Below are positions 1-41,346 of a DNA stretch of 64,000 nucleotides, piece after piece. The DNA lies in assembly GCF_009914755.1 (NCBI RefSeq), contig NC_060931.1, one strand, 5' to 3'. The stretch is from the human T2T-CHM13v2.0 reference genome, Homo sapiens. Numbering within the stretch: the stretch's first letter is position 1; each line of letters begins with the position of its first letter. The notes below the pieces were generated by a model. It saw only the letters and a list, made by a program, of their open reading frames with translations. It was not told the origin of the DNA and did no database searches. Position numbers and translations under genes: made by a program.

Positions 1-3244
<3,244 letters not shown>

Positions 3245-3257
<13 letters not shown>

Positions 3258-3319
3258 ATATATATATATATATATACACACACATACACACATATATATA
3301 CACACACACATATATATAT
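3245..3319. repeat. Compound A/(TA)n/(CA)n microsatellite grown from an Alu tail
   Basis: aaaaaaaaaaaaaatatatatata...cacacaca directly visible. Confidence 0.9.
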
Positions 3320-3651
3320 GAAATGACCAATACACATGTGAACATATTCAACGCAATAACTGCGGTTAAACAGCAGTAAAATCCCATTATTTATCCATCA
3401 GATTGACAAAGACTGAAGAACTGGAGAAGAAGTGGCGAAACGGGCTCGCAGCGTCGCATTCCCTACCCCAGCAGGTGCGCCCGCAGCGTCGCACTCCCTA
3501 GCCCGGCAGGTGCGCGATCACACACACACCCTGCAGGGGGACTTCGACCGGCACTTCCGGTCCCGGAAGGGCATGCCCTTGGACCCCGGAAGTCCGGGCG
3601 GGGGCAGAGCCGGGTGCGCTTTGCGACAGAGCCGTAAAGGCGCGCGGGAAC

Positions 3652-3744
3652 ATGGGGCTGTACGCTGCGGTGGCAGGCGTGCTGGCCGGCGTGGAGAGCC
3701 GCCAGGGCTCTATCAAGGGGCTGGTGTACTCCAGCAACTTCCAG
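3652..3744 (+). pseudogene. NSUN5P1: NSUN5P1 exon 1 (coding-homologous part)
   Basis: ATG 3652, 31 codons MGLYAAVAG...SSNFQ, donor GT at 3745. Confidence 0.9.
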
Positions 3745-3889
3745 GTAGCGGGCCCGGGCGCCACAAGTAGGGGTGGGGGGTGAGGAACCCGGGGTGGGGT
3801 GGGACGGGCCCGGATGGGGTCGGGAGGTGGGGCCCGGCGAGGAGGGCCGGGGGAGCCCCCGACCCAGCTTGTCTCCCTCGGCCACACAG

Positions 3890-4010
3890 AACGTGAAGCA
3901 GCTGTACGCGCTGGTGTGCGAAACGCAGCGCTACTCCGCCGTGCTGGATGCCGTGATCTCCAGCGCCGGCCTCCTCAGTGCGAAGAAGCTGCAGCCGCAC
4001 CTGGCCAAGG
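3890..4010 (+). pseudogene. NSUN5P1: NSUN5P1 exon 2
   Basis: Acceptor cacag; NVKQLYALVCETQRYSAVLDAVISSAGLLSAKKLQPHLAK. An extra G at 4010 precedes the GT at 4011, so splicing to exon 3 is out of frame (TGA at 4703-4705). Confidence 0.85.
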
Positions 4011-4067
4011 GTAGGGGCGGGGCGGGGAAGTGAACCCCGACGGTCAGCGCTTTGTCATCTGGTTTCA

Positions 4068-4565
<498 letters not shown>

Positions 4566-4691
4566 TTATCTGTAACCATCTAGTCAGGTGATCTCTTTAG
4601 CCATTCCAGTGCCCGGGCTCTATTAGAGTTAGTTCTAAGGCATTCATACTTCTTGCTTAGGGCGTTTCTGTCTTTGATCCCTCATCCCCAG

Positions 4692-4858
4692 GTGCTAGTG
4701 TATGAGTTGTTGGGAAAGGGCTTTCGAGGGGGTGGGGGCCAATGGAAGGCTCTGTTGGGACGGCACCAGGCGAGGTGTTGAGTTGGCTCGGCTCAAGGTT
4801 CTTCGGGGTGTGAGCTGGCATGAGGACCTGTTGGAAGTGGGATCCAGGCCTGGTCCAG
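4692..4858 (+). pseudogene. NSUN5P1: NSUN5P1 exon 3 (frameshift and stop)
   Basis: VLVYELLGKGFRGGGGQWKALLGRHQARC* with TGA at 4779-4781; ELARLKVLRGVSWHEDLLEVGSRPGP resumes in another frame; donor GT at 4859. Confidence 0.88.
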
Positions 4859-4938
4859 GTGAGCTGGAAGGAGTTGAGGGGCGGGGGAGGTGGGGAACTT
4901 TGCTCCTGCCTACTCACTGCTCATTGCGTCCTACCTAG

Positions 4939-5043
4939 CCTCCCAGCTGCCTCGATTTGTGCGTGTGAACACTCTCAAGACCTGCTCCGTTTATGTAGTT
5001 ATTTCAAGAGACAAGGTTTCTCCTATCAGGGTCGGGCTTCCAG
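4939..5043 (+). pseudogene. NSUN5P1: NSUN5P1 exon 4 (frameshift)
   Basis: SQLPRFVRVNTLKTCS, then a frame change before YFKRQGFSYQGRAS (about 4-nt deletion near 4998); donor GT at 5044. Confidence 0.88.
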
Positions 5044-6021
5044 GTGAGAGCTTAGAGCCCTGGCTGTCCTCATCTAGGGAGGTGTCTGGGGTACTGGGAA
5101 GAGAAGTGGTTGGATAGTTGTGACTTTGCTCTCTGGGCTTTGTTCCTACCTTTCCAGCAGTTTCTCCATCTCCAAGGTTTGTTTTCCTCGCATCCCTTAA
5201 ACATCGAACTCCTAGGAGCCCCATCCTACATTCTTCCGGAGCTCTCCGTTTTTTCTCTAACTTTAGCTCCTGCCTCCCACCTGGTGATTCTCACCGCCCA
5301 GTGTAGACTTCCCTTTTGCATTCTTCCCTCCTTAGGTTCACATGAATGCACCACAGATGCCACAGTCGCTGCATTCATCTTTCCTCTCAGACTTTACACT
5401 TAGTACATCCCCAGTTTAATCTAACAGATGTCACCGTTTTCCACCCATTTGGTCAAGCCAGAAACCGAGTCATCCTAGGTGCTTCCTTCCCCTCCCTCCA
5501 ATCATTTACTCCTCCACCTTGAGCATCTTTCTCAGCTCCACTTTTTTTTTTTTTTTTTTAGGACTGAGTCTCGCTCTGTCACTCTCACCGAGGCTGGAGT
5601 GCAGTGGCATGATCTTGGTTCACTACCTCCAAGGTTCATGCAATGCTCCTTCCTCAGCCTCCTGCGTAGCTGGGATTAGAGGCTCCCACCACCATGTCCA
5701 GCTAATTATTGTATTTTTAGTAGAGATGAGGTTTCACCATGTTGACCAGGCTGGTCTCAAACTCCTGACGTCAGGTGATCTGCCCATCTTGGCCTCCCAC
5801 AGTGCTGGGATTACAGGCGTGAGCCACAGTGCCCGGCCTCCACTCCTTTCTCTTAATTCCCCCGGACACTGCCTAGGTTAAGCACTCATTTCTTATTGGG
5901 ATGACCACAAGAACTTCCCAGACTGGTCTCTCTGCTTCCAGACTGTCTCACTGCATTTTCCTTGAGGTTGACTGTAGGAAGCTCTAAAGGCAGATCTGAT
6001 GCATTACTCCTCTGCTAAGCC

Positions 6022-7314
6022 TTTTTTTTTTTTTTTTTTTTGAGAGAGTTTTGCTCTTGTTTCCCAGGCTGGATGGAGTGCCCTGGCGCGATCTCGGCTC
6101 ACCGCAACCTCTGCCTCCTGGGTTCAAGCGATTCTCCTGCTTCAGCCTTCTGAGCAGCTGGGATTATGAAGGGGTGGCCTGCCCCTCCACATCTGTGGGA
6201 TATCTCATCAGGTGGGACAAGAGACTGAGAAAAGAAATAAGACACAGAGACAAAGTATAGAGAAACAACAGTGGGCCCAGGAGACTGGCACTTAGCATAC
6301 CAAGGACCTGCACCAGCACTGGTCTCCGAGTTCCCTCAGTTTTTATTGATTATTATTTTCATTATCTCAGCACAAGGAATGCGGTAGGAGAGCAGGGTGA
6401 TAATAAGGAGAAGGTCAGCAAAAAAACATGTGAGCAAAGGAATCTGTGTCATAATTAAGTTCAAAGGGAGGTACTATGCCTGGATGTGCACGTAGGCCAG
6501 ATTTATGTTTCCCTCCGCCCAAACATCTGTGGAGTAAAGAATAACAAGGCAGCATTGCTGCCAACATGTCTCGCCTCCCGCCATAGGGTGGTTTTTCTCC
6601 TATCTCAGAATTGAACAAATGTACAATCGGGTTTTATACCGAGACATTCAGTTCCCAGGGGCAGGCAGGAGACAGTGCCCTTCCTCTATCTCAACTGCAA
6701 GGCTTTCCTCTTTTACTAATCCACCTCAGCACAGACCCTTTACGGGTGTCGGGCTGGGGCACAGCCTCTCATCCCATGAGGCTATATTTCAGACTATCAC
6801 ATGGGGAGAACCTTGGACAATACCTGGCTTTCCAGGGCAGAGGTCCCTGCAGCTTTTCACAGTACATTGTGCCTCTGGTTTATTGAGACTAGAGAACGGC
6901 GAAGACTTTTACCAAGCATACTGCTTGTAAACGTTTTATTAACAAGGCATGTCCTGCACAGCCCTAGATCCTTTAAACCTTGATTCCATACAACACATGT
7001 TTTTGTGAGCTCAAATTTGGGGCAAAGTCACAAATTAACAGCATCTCAGCCAACCAATTGTTCAAGGTACAGGTCAAAATGGAATTTCTTATGTCTTCCC
7101 TTTCTACACAGACACAGTAACAGTCTGATCTCTCTTTCTTTTCCCTACAGGATTGCAGGCATGCAGCACCATGCCTGGCTAATTTTGTATTTTTAGTAGA
7201 GACGGGATTTCTCCATGTTGGCCAGGCTGGTCTCAAACTCCTGACCTCAGGTGATCTGCCCACCTTGGCCTCCCAAAATGCTGGGATTACAGGCATGAAC
7301 CACCGCGCCCGGCC
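6022..7314 (-). mobile_element. AluS split in two by the LTR5A
   Basis: The Alu halves 6022-6166 and 7150-7314 rejoin at gctgggatta|caggc; flanking TSD TGCTAAG(T)CCTTT. Confidence 0.85.
6167..7149 (-). mobile_element. HERV-K(HML-2) solo LTR, most like LTR5A
   Basis: On - it begins TGTAGGGAAAAGAAAGAGAGATCAGACTGTTACTGTGTC and ends CCACCCCTTCA. TATAAAA 6638-6632, AATAAA 6347-6342, 6-bp TSD GGATTA/GGATTG. Subfamily from recalled consensus. Confidence 0.88.
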
Positions 7315-8107
7315 ATGCTAAGTCCTTTCTTGGCTCCATTGTGCTGTCCCTCCTGCTTCCTCTCCAGGTCCATCTGCCACAGTGCTACGTGCACCAGCGT
7401 GCCAGCAACAGTGGCTGGTCTCTGCCCCGTGCCTCCTCCACTGGGCTCACACCTGTCTTATTTTGTCCTTTGGTGGCTCTGAGAAGCAGCCTCTGCCCCT
7501 CTCCCTTTCCCTTACTCTTTGTAAGATCCTCTTCCTTCTGCCCTACCATGTTGCTTGGACACCAGGGTGGAATAGCAGAGAACGGCTGCTTGTGTTTGAA
7601 TTCCAGCTCTGCCACTTCGATAGATTTCTGAACTGAGACATGTGACTCTCTAGGCCTATTTCTGCATGGGTCGGAGAGTGGGCGGGACTGCTTTACTGAG
7701 TTATAGTGAATGTAGTTTTAACCTAAGCGCCTCACATGACTAACTCCTCATCCATCAAGAATGAGCTCAGCTCTCACTTCCCCACTCCTCACCCCCCTGT
7801 AAAGTAACCTTTCTCCAAGGTTATGCTTCAACAGGAATAGCTAACATTTATTAAATTGTGGCACGTAAGTATCTTGGATATATTGGCTCATTGAATCCTC
7901 ACACCTACTATTTTACAGAGATGCCAGTGGGGCTTGAGATTGAATCACTTGCCCAGGCTCCCACTGCTGGTAAACAGTAGAGGGGGCTCCTGACCCATCA
8001 GTCTGGCTTGACAACCCATTCCCTCAACTGCGGATCCCGGATTCCCTTATCACCCTGTTGATTTCTCCATAGCTGTGGTAACATTTGTTGCATGAATGGA
8101 CCGTTGA

Positions 8108-8335
<228 letters not shown>

Positions 8336-8355
8336 TAGGCACGGGAAGGGCCTAG

Positions 8356-8514
<159 letters not shown>

Positions 8515-8823
8515 TGAGTGCCACAGGAGGAGGAGGAGGAGGACATGGGGTTTGATTTTGTGCCTTTCAGTGGGTAATAAAGGCTGAAAGGATGACTTTC
8601 GCTTAACTCTTTCCTGCTGTACCAAAGTAGTTCACGGTATTTGCCCCAAGCTAAGCTTTCCCCACTGCAGGTGTGAGATGTGGATCCCTTAGCCCTTGGG
8701 GCAGAGACCCCAGGCCAGTTACCTCTGACCCTGGGCCCTTTAAATATAGGCCGTTTCAATATTGTGTGTCCTGGCTTAACCTGCATGTTCTGGTTGTCTG
8801 TGTCAGCTGTGACAGGCCCTTAG

Positions 8824-9072
<249 letters not shown>

Positions 9073-9228
9073 TGAGGGACTCGGAGGTCCACAGCAGCTT
9101 AGACCTGGAGTCATCTGTTTTGGTCTTAGTTCTGACACTTTAATGGGCTTGGGACCCTGGAGCAAAAGTTCTCCTCTGTGAGGCAAGGATTTCAGGAGCG
9201 AGGATTTCAGGACTGAGGCAGCCTGTGA

Positions 9229-9699
<471 letters not shown>

Positions 9700-9765
9700 G
9701 TGAGTGGGGGCATGCTTGGGAGGCGCAGGATGGTACTGGCACATCTAACATCTACACTTCTCTAG

Positions 9766-10070
9766 CTCAGCCTCACAGGCCAAAGCATCAGCACCAGAAC
9801 GCACACCCAGCCCAGCCCCAAAGAGAAAGAAGAGACAGCAAAGAGCCGCAGCCGGTGCTTGCACACCGCCTTGCACATAGCAGAGGCTCCAGGCTGACTC
9901 CTTCCTGGTGGGAAAGGAAGATGCCTGTCCTCTCCGTGGAGGACCCTGGGCCCTCACCGCAGGCAGCAGTTTGCATTTTGAAAGGTTATTGGGTCCCTTC
10001 CTCGGGCTGTGTTCTTGCTGGTGAGCAAAAGTGTTGCCTGCAGAAATAAAATGCAGAACGTACTCTACGA
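9766..10070 (+). pseudogene. NSUN5P1: NSUN5P1 terminal exon 10
   Basis: Acceptor tctag; SASQAKASAPERTPSPAPKRKKRQQRAAAGACTPPCT* (TAG 9878-9880); AATAAA 10045-10050. The 3' end is approximate. Confidence 0.82.
10045..10050 (+). terminator. Poly(A) signal of NSUN5P1
   Basis: AATAAA followed by a U-rich tract at 10080-10095. Confidence 0.8.
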
Positions 10071-12079
10071 TAGATCACAGTTTTTTATTCTTAATGTCAC
10101 AAGCAGGAGAAAAATCTCACATTCATACTAAAAATTCCAACTAGACTCAACAGGAATGAAGTCTCTATTTGTAATGGAAAGTCCCAGCCTCCCGCTGCCG
10201 TCCAGTGTGTGTACTGTACACATCCACACTCACTCTCACTCAGGGTTCCCGGACCGGCTGTCCTGCCTGCGGAACTGAGGTAAACAAGCTCAGGTACTGA
10301 CACTAGGAGGGTCTACCTTACATAAGGTACAGGTAGAAGCTTGATTGATTGCTAGGCCCAGGCCCACCCAGACCCTCCAATCCTAACAGGTATTTAGGCT
10401 TGAGGTTCACTCCCTCCTCAGCTGCACACGCAGCCAGGTATAACACTCGCCCTCAGTCACAACGGGGAGGGGGCACCGGTTACATCTACATCACATTATT
10501 TATAAAATAAGAATTACATTTCATATAACATGGCCAGAAGGAGCTCTAGTCCCCCAGGAAAGCTGCCGGGGACAGCATTTGAGCCTCTTCTTTGCACAGG
10601 CATAACTTAACTATACAGCTAATTCCTAGTTAATAGCATTTATACTTAACCACCTCAATGAACCAAGCTTGAAGGAATTTAAAAGGCAATTTAGCTTAAA
10701 TACAAAAATAAATTTTTGTTAAAAAACGTTTAAATATTTTTTTCTTTTAATTTAGACACACGCATTCATACTTCTCCCAAAGAGGTTGGGCGTGACAGCA
10801 AGGCGCTTGGGCCTGGGGTATGTGGTTTCAGAAGGACGGAAGGAAAGGATGGGCTGCAGAGGGCCCTGTTTGGGAAAAATAGGATTTTAAAAATATGGTT
10901 CATTAATTTAGGTTTTCTAACATCTACTTTGGGTGACGTAGCCTCCAGTGAGGTCAGTTAAGTGGGACAGAAACCGCAGAGGGAAGAGGTCTTTGCTTCC
11001 CCTGGGCCCATTCTCCCTGGCTGCCAGCCCTTGAAGTCAGAACACCATGGGAAAATTCAGGAGTCGGCACTTGTAGCCGTCAAGTGGTGCTACTTTCCAC
11101 ATTCAATTAGCGAGGCCCCAGAAAACTTGAAACAGGAAGTCCGGCACTACCAACATGCCGCCACTCATACAACTCAACTCTTCCTCCAAACTCGATTCAA
11201 AGAGCAATACACAGAGCGTCAGACAAAGGAACACAGGACAAGGCTTGAAACATACAATCCTGGAGAGGCAGACGAGGGCCCAATGGGGCCAAAGGGTAGC
11301 TGGGCGAGGAGGCAGCTGAAGCAGCGGTGGGCATCCTGCCTGCTCCAAGAGCTTCTCCCTTCACCCCTGGCTCTGCCAGGCTAACAGTCTTGAGCCACCA
11401 AGCTCTGAGGGGCCAAACTGGCAGAGGGTTGGAGATGAAACATTGATTCAGGCTTGGCAGGAAGAAAACGGCAGGAGCAGCACCCACTGGGGTCTCCAAG
11501 GCAAAGCTAGATTCAAGGGCATTTAAAAAGGAGGGAATCCTGCAAGGAACCGGTGAGGGACACAGCAGCAAGAAATGGGGAAACAGAGTCCCCAGAAGGG
11601 ACCAGAGGAAGAGAACCACTTCTCACAGCTAAGCCAAGCAAGATAAAGCTTTAGGGATAACCCATTTCCCAAATCCCATCAGGTGCACACCACCGATCCA
11701 GGCGGGCTGGACCCTGCCCCCTCCAGCGACGACGGCTCTCGGGGAAAGGTGGAAGGGGCGCCTGCCTAAGGGTGCGCTAAGCGGGAGTCAGGGCAGCGGA
11801 CACTATGTACAGGTCCTTAGTTCTCCAGCCTCCCCAGTGGAACTGTTCAAGTAGAGGTCCCGGGCTTTGGCCCTCCGCATCCTGCTTCCCCTTCCCTGAG
11901 GCTTGTGCTTCCTCCAGAAGGGAAAGGGCCCCAGGGCTGCCACTGCCCCCTGGCGGCTGAAGCCAGAGATCCGGGGTAGGTTTGCTTTACGCAGCTGGAA
12001 GGGTCCAAGGCTCTTTCTAGCACGTGCCAAGGTCCAGATTTAGGGAAGGGGTGGGGGGAACAGGGACAGGGGACAAAGG
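10065..12079 (-). other. POM121C: POM121C 3'UTR
   Basis: Unique sequence between the stop (12080) and the AATAAA; AU-rich block at about 10490-10780; Pumilio-type TGTACATA at 11804-11811 (-). Confidence 0.75.
10084..10089 (-). terminator. Poly(A) signal of POM121C
   Basis: TTTATT on + reads AATAAA on -, at the end of about 2 kb of repeat-free 3'UTR. Confidence 0.75.
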
Positions 12080-35995
<23,916 letters not shown>

Positions 35996-36952
35996 CGCGG
36001 CTCCGCGCCGCGGAGGAGACTTAAATATCCCAGCGTGCACCGCGCCACGCGTCGCGTCATCGCGCGCCCGCCACGTCATGCGCGCGCGACTCGGGGAGAC
36101 GCTACAGCCCGGCAGCTCCCGAGACACAGCTGTTTTGGAAAATGCTGCCTGCCTTCAACGCCTGTTTCTGACTCTTGCGGTTTCCTGCATGGCTCCCAGC
36201 GAGACGATCCCGTCCGGGATCCCATCCGGCTCCCATCCGGAGGCGATCCCGTGAAAGGATCGCGTCCAAAATAAAAGGACCCGAGACCTATGCTTATGTA
36301 ATTCCTAATCCGTGATCTTTTCTAGGGGCTGAACTCCCCTCCAGCACAGCCTGTTACCAGGTGCTTTTCACAAACGCCACTGGCGGCTGAGTTTTCCCCC
36401 CCACTTCCATTTCTACTTTACAAGTTGATAACGTGGGACGATTACCTACCAAATTTCACATCATGGCCCAGATATCGGGTGGATTTTGAGGCTCTGTGAT
36501 CGATTTATACCTATGCTAAAGTTATCGGTCTGAGAAAGTAGATTAGTGGTTGCCTAGGGCTAAGGAGTGGGTTTGGGGGTGGGGAATAGAAAATGACTGC
36601 TTATGGGTATAGGCTTTCTCGTAGCAGCATAAACATAGTTTAAAATTAGATTGTGTTGGCGGTTGCACCACCCTATGAACTGTATGGTTTGTGAATTATA
36701 TCTTAATAAAGCTGTTTAAAAAGTCTGGTAGTCTGCCAATACACTTTGGTGTAGTTAAGTTTCCTCAGACATTCATTCATTGATTTATTCATTCCATTGT
36801 TTATATACATTAAAAAGATTAAGGGGGAAAATAGAGGATCTCTGATCTTTATAAGCTCTGTTTAGTAAGGAAGATGTGTAAGTAAAAGATTGCAATTCAA
36901 TGTTATCAGTGTGATAACGGGAACAAAAAAAGAGGCCAGACGCAGTGGCTCA

Positions 36953-37417
<465 letters not shown>

Positions 37418-39334
37418 TCAGAGAGATGAGAAGAAGGTGCAGTTTGGGTTCCAGATCCTCCCCAACCCAGTGCCAAAGTAATTCTTCTATTTAATATACT
37501 GTGACTTCACATAAGACTTAATTTGAAAAAAAAAGGGGGGGGGGCGGAGGGGGGACTGTGTTGCTTAAGAAAAAAATCTCAGTATCAGTAGACTAGTGGG
37601 ACAAAAGCCAGGCTGCCCTGGGTTGAACAGTGACTGGAAGGTGAAGAAATGGAGGCAGTGACTGCAGACTCCCTACTCAAGAAACCTGGGTAACAGGGGA
37701 AGAAGAAACATAGTGTCTAGGTCAGTAGGGGCTCTTTGAACTATTGTGTGTGGCTGGAGTTAAGTGGAGGAGCTACACATAAAAGCCGTCAGGGTACAGA
37801 TGTCCTGAAACCAAGCAAGATGACTGAGAATTAATGTAAATAGAGAGGTCCATAGCCTGAGCCCTCGGGGCACTCCTGTGTTTAGAGGTAAAGAGATGAA
37901 TACACAAAGGGCACAAGTCATGTAGGAAATATAGATAAATATGACTACATTAAAAGTTAGTACTTCTGGGCCGGGAGTGATGGCTTACACATAATCTAGC
38001 ACATTTGGAGACGAGGCTGGTGGATTGCTTTGAGCTCAGGAGTTCGAGACCAGCCTAGGCAACATGGTAAAACCCAGTCTCTACTAAAAAAAAACACAAA
38101 AATTTGCCTGGTGTGGTGGCATGTGCCTGTAGTACTACTCAGGAGGCTGAGGCTGGAGAATCGCTTGAACCCAGAAGGCAGAGGTTGCACTGAGCTGAGA
38201 TCGCACCACTGCACTCCAGCCTGGGCAACAGAGTGAGATCACACACACACAAAAAGTTAACACTTCTGTATGGGAAAAGACAAGATACACATCTAAAAGA
38301 CAAGCCAAGACTGGGAAAAACAACGTAACACATATAACCAAAAGAGGATTCATAAGTAGAATTTATAAAGAACTCCAAAGAATCAATAACAAAAAGATGA
38401 CCCAATTTTTAAAAAGGACAATTGATATAAAAAAGCTATCGAATGGGAAACACAAATACCTAATAATATATACATATGTGCATATACGTACATACACATA
38501 TACATTTAACCTCACTAGTAATCTAGGAAAGACTAACAATATTTTGCACTCATTTATACACTAGAAAAATTAATTTAACAAGATCAAGTCTTAGCATGGA
38601 TGTGAAACAAACAGAACTCATGCCGTTGTGGATATATGAAACAGTACAATTTGGAAAGCAATTTGGCAATAACTAGTAAAAAATAAGGGTGAAGAAGTAT
38701 GTATCCTATAAACCCGCAATCCCATTCTGGGTAGATAGTCACTGAAGCATTATTTGTATCACAGACAATGTGAACACACTTCATGGGTAATGTCTATCAA
38801 CACAAGGATGGGCAAACTGGTATAATTCATATAATAAAATACTATAAAGCAGCTGAAAATTAATCCTTCCAGCTGCAGGTTAGTCCTCCCACCATAAACA
38901 ACTGTAGACATGGACAAAATGTATTGATTAATAAATTTGTTAAAAAAAAATCTGGCAGTCTGCTGATCCAGACTTTGGTTTAACTCATGCTGTGGTGGAT
39001 ATATAAAACAGTACAACTTGGCAACTACTTTCAGGCAGAGGACAACAGGAAGCAAAAGACTGATCCCTAAGTGTAAGGAAACTTGTGAGATGAGCCCCAA
39101 AGTCACCTAGTTCCTCTACCTGGGGATCGTTTCCCAACTGCAGTGCAGAGAGCTGGAGTCTGAGCACAGTAGGGAGATCCCGCTGGGCTGAAGAGGCAGA
39201 GATGAGGAGGCAGAGATCAGGCTGAGACAGCTGAAATGGCAGAGAAATGGGGCAGAAAAAAGAAAGGAGGGCACTATGCAAAGAGGGAGTTCTAGAAATC
39301 TATGCATGACGCAAACCCACGGCTGAAGGCTGGA

Positions 39335-39440
39335 GTGATGGGTAATTTCATGTGTCAACTTGAAGGGACCATGGGGTGCACAGATACTTGGTTAAACATT
39401 TATTTATGGGTGTATCTATAAAGGCATTTCTGGATGAGAT
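39335..39440 (+). mobile_element. MLT2 (ERVL) LTR 5' fragment
   Basis: tgatgggtaatttcatgtgtcaacttga...gcatttctggatgagat resembles the MLT2 start. Confidence 0.6.
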
Positions 39441-39475
39441 GGTCTTTTATTTATTTACTTATTTTTATTTTTTGA

Positions 39476-39586
<111 letters not shown>

Positions 39587-39601
39587 TAGCTGGGATTATA
39601 G

Positions 39602-39820
<219 letters not shown>

Positions 39821-40065
39821 TAGGGCTCTGTGTGGAGTACTCAAGCACCCCAGGAATGGGAAAGAATCAGTCTTAGATTGAGCATTGCTTTGGACCCACC
39901 TAATGAATCATCAAAACAAGACCTGAAAGGATCCAACTTTCCAATGATCTTAAATACATCCCAAAACAAAGCTCAAGAAAATGTATATAGGAATAAAAAA
40001 TTGGCTGGGCGCGGTGGCTCACGCCTGTAATCCCAGCACTTTGGGGGGCCGAGGTGGGTGGATCA

Positions 40066-40317
<252 letters not shown>

Positions 40318-41133
40318 TTACTCAACAAGGTAAAATCTCCAATGTCTGGCATCCTGGCATCCTATTACTAGGCATATAAATAAGCAAGAAAACACAGCCC
40401 ATAATAACAACCAATCAATCCTTATTTTGATCCAAACCAACCCCAAACTGACACATATTAAAATGAACAGAGAAAGACATTAACATTAATTTTAACTATA
40501 TCCCATATGTTTACAAAGTTGAGATATGGAAAAATATTAGAAGAAATAATGGCCAAAAATTTTCCAAATGTAATGAAAAATATAAACCCACAGACCTGAA
40601 GCTCAATGTCAAGTACAAGAAATACAAAGAAAACTGTAACAAATCACATAATCAAATTGCTCAAAACCAATGATATAGATCAAATCCTGAAGGCAGCTGG
40701 GAAAATAGTACATGTTATTTTACACAGGAACAAAGATAAGAATGATACCAAATTTCTTGCCAGAAATAGTGCAAGTGAGAGACAACAGCAGTGCAACTTG
40801 ATCTTTAAAGTGCTGAAGGCAAAAACTGCAAACCTAGAATTTTATGCCCAATGAAAATATATTTTAAGAAAGTTAAATAAACATATTTTCAGACACATAA
40901 AAGCTGGGAGACACTTTGAGAGGCTGAGCTGGGCAGATTGCTTGAGCCCCAGAGTTCGAGAACAGCCTGGGCAACATAGTGAGACCCTGTCTCTAAAAAA
41001 AAAAACAAAAATTAGGCCAGGAGCAGTGGCTCACGCCTGTAATCCCAGCACTTTGGGAGGCCGAGGCAGGCGGATCACGAGGTCAGGAGATCGAGACCAT
41101 CCTGGCTAACACGGTGAAACCCCGTCTCTACTA

Positions 41134-41346
<213 letters not shown>

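Noticed and set aside
3432-4033. Several overlapping 70-140 aa ORFs on both strands
   Set aside because: GC-rich CpG island artefacts. Only the spliced NSUN5-like frames are meaningful.
35996-36127. Full 44-aa N-terminal extension of the POM121C ORF in the ORF track
   Set aside because: It starts at a non-ATG codon in a GC-rich island where stops are rare. The 1229-aa match supports the ATG at 35995.
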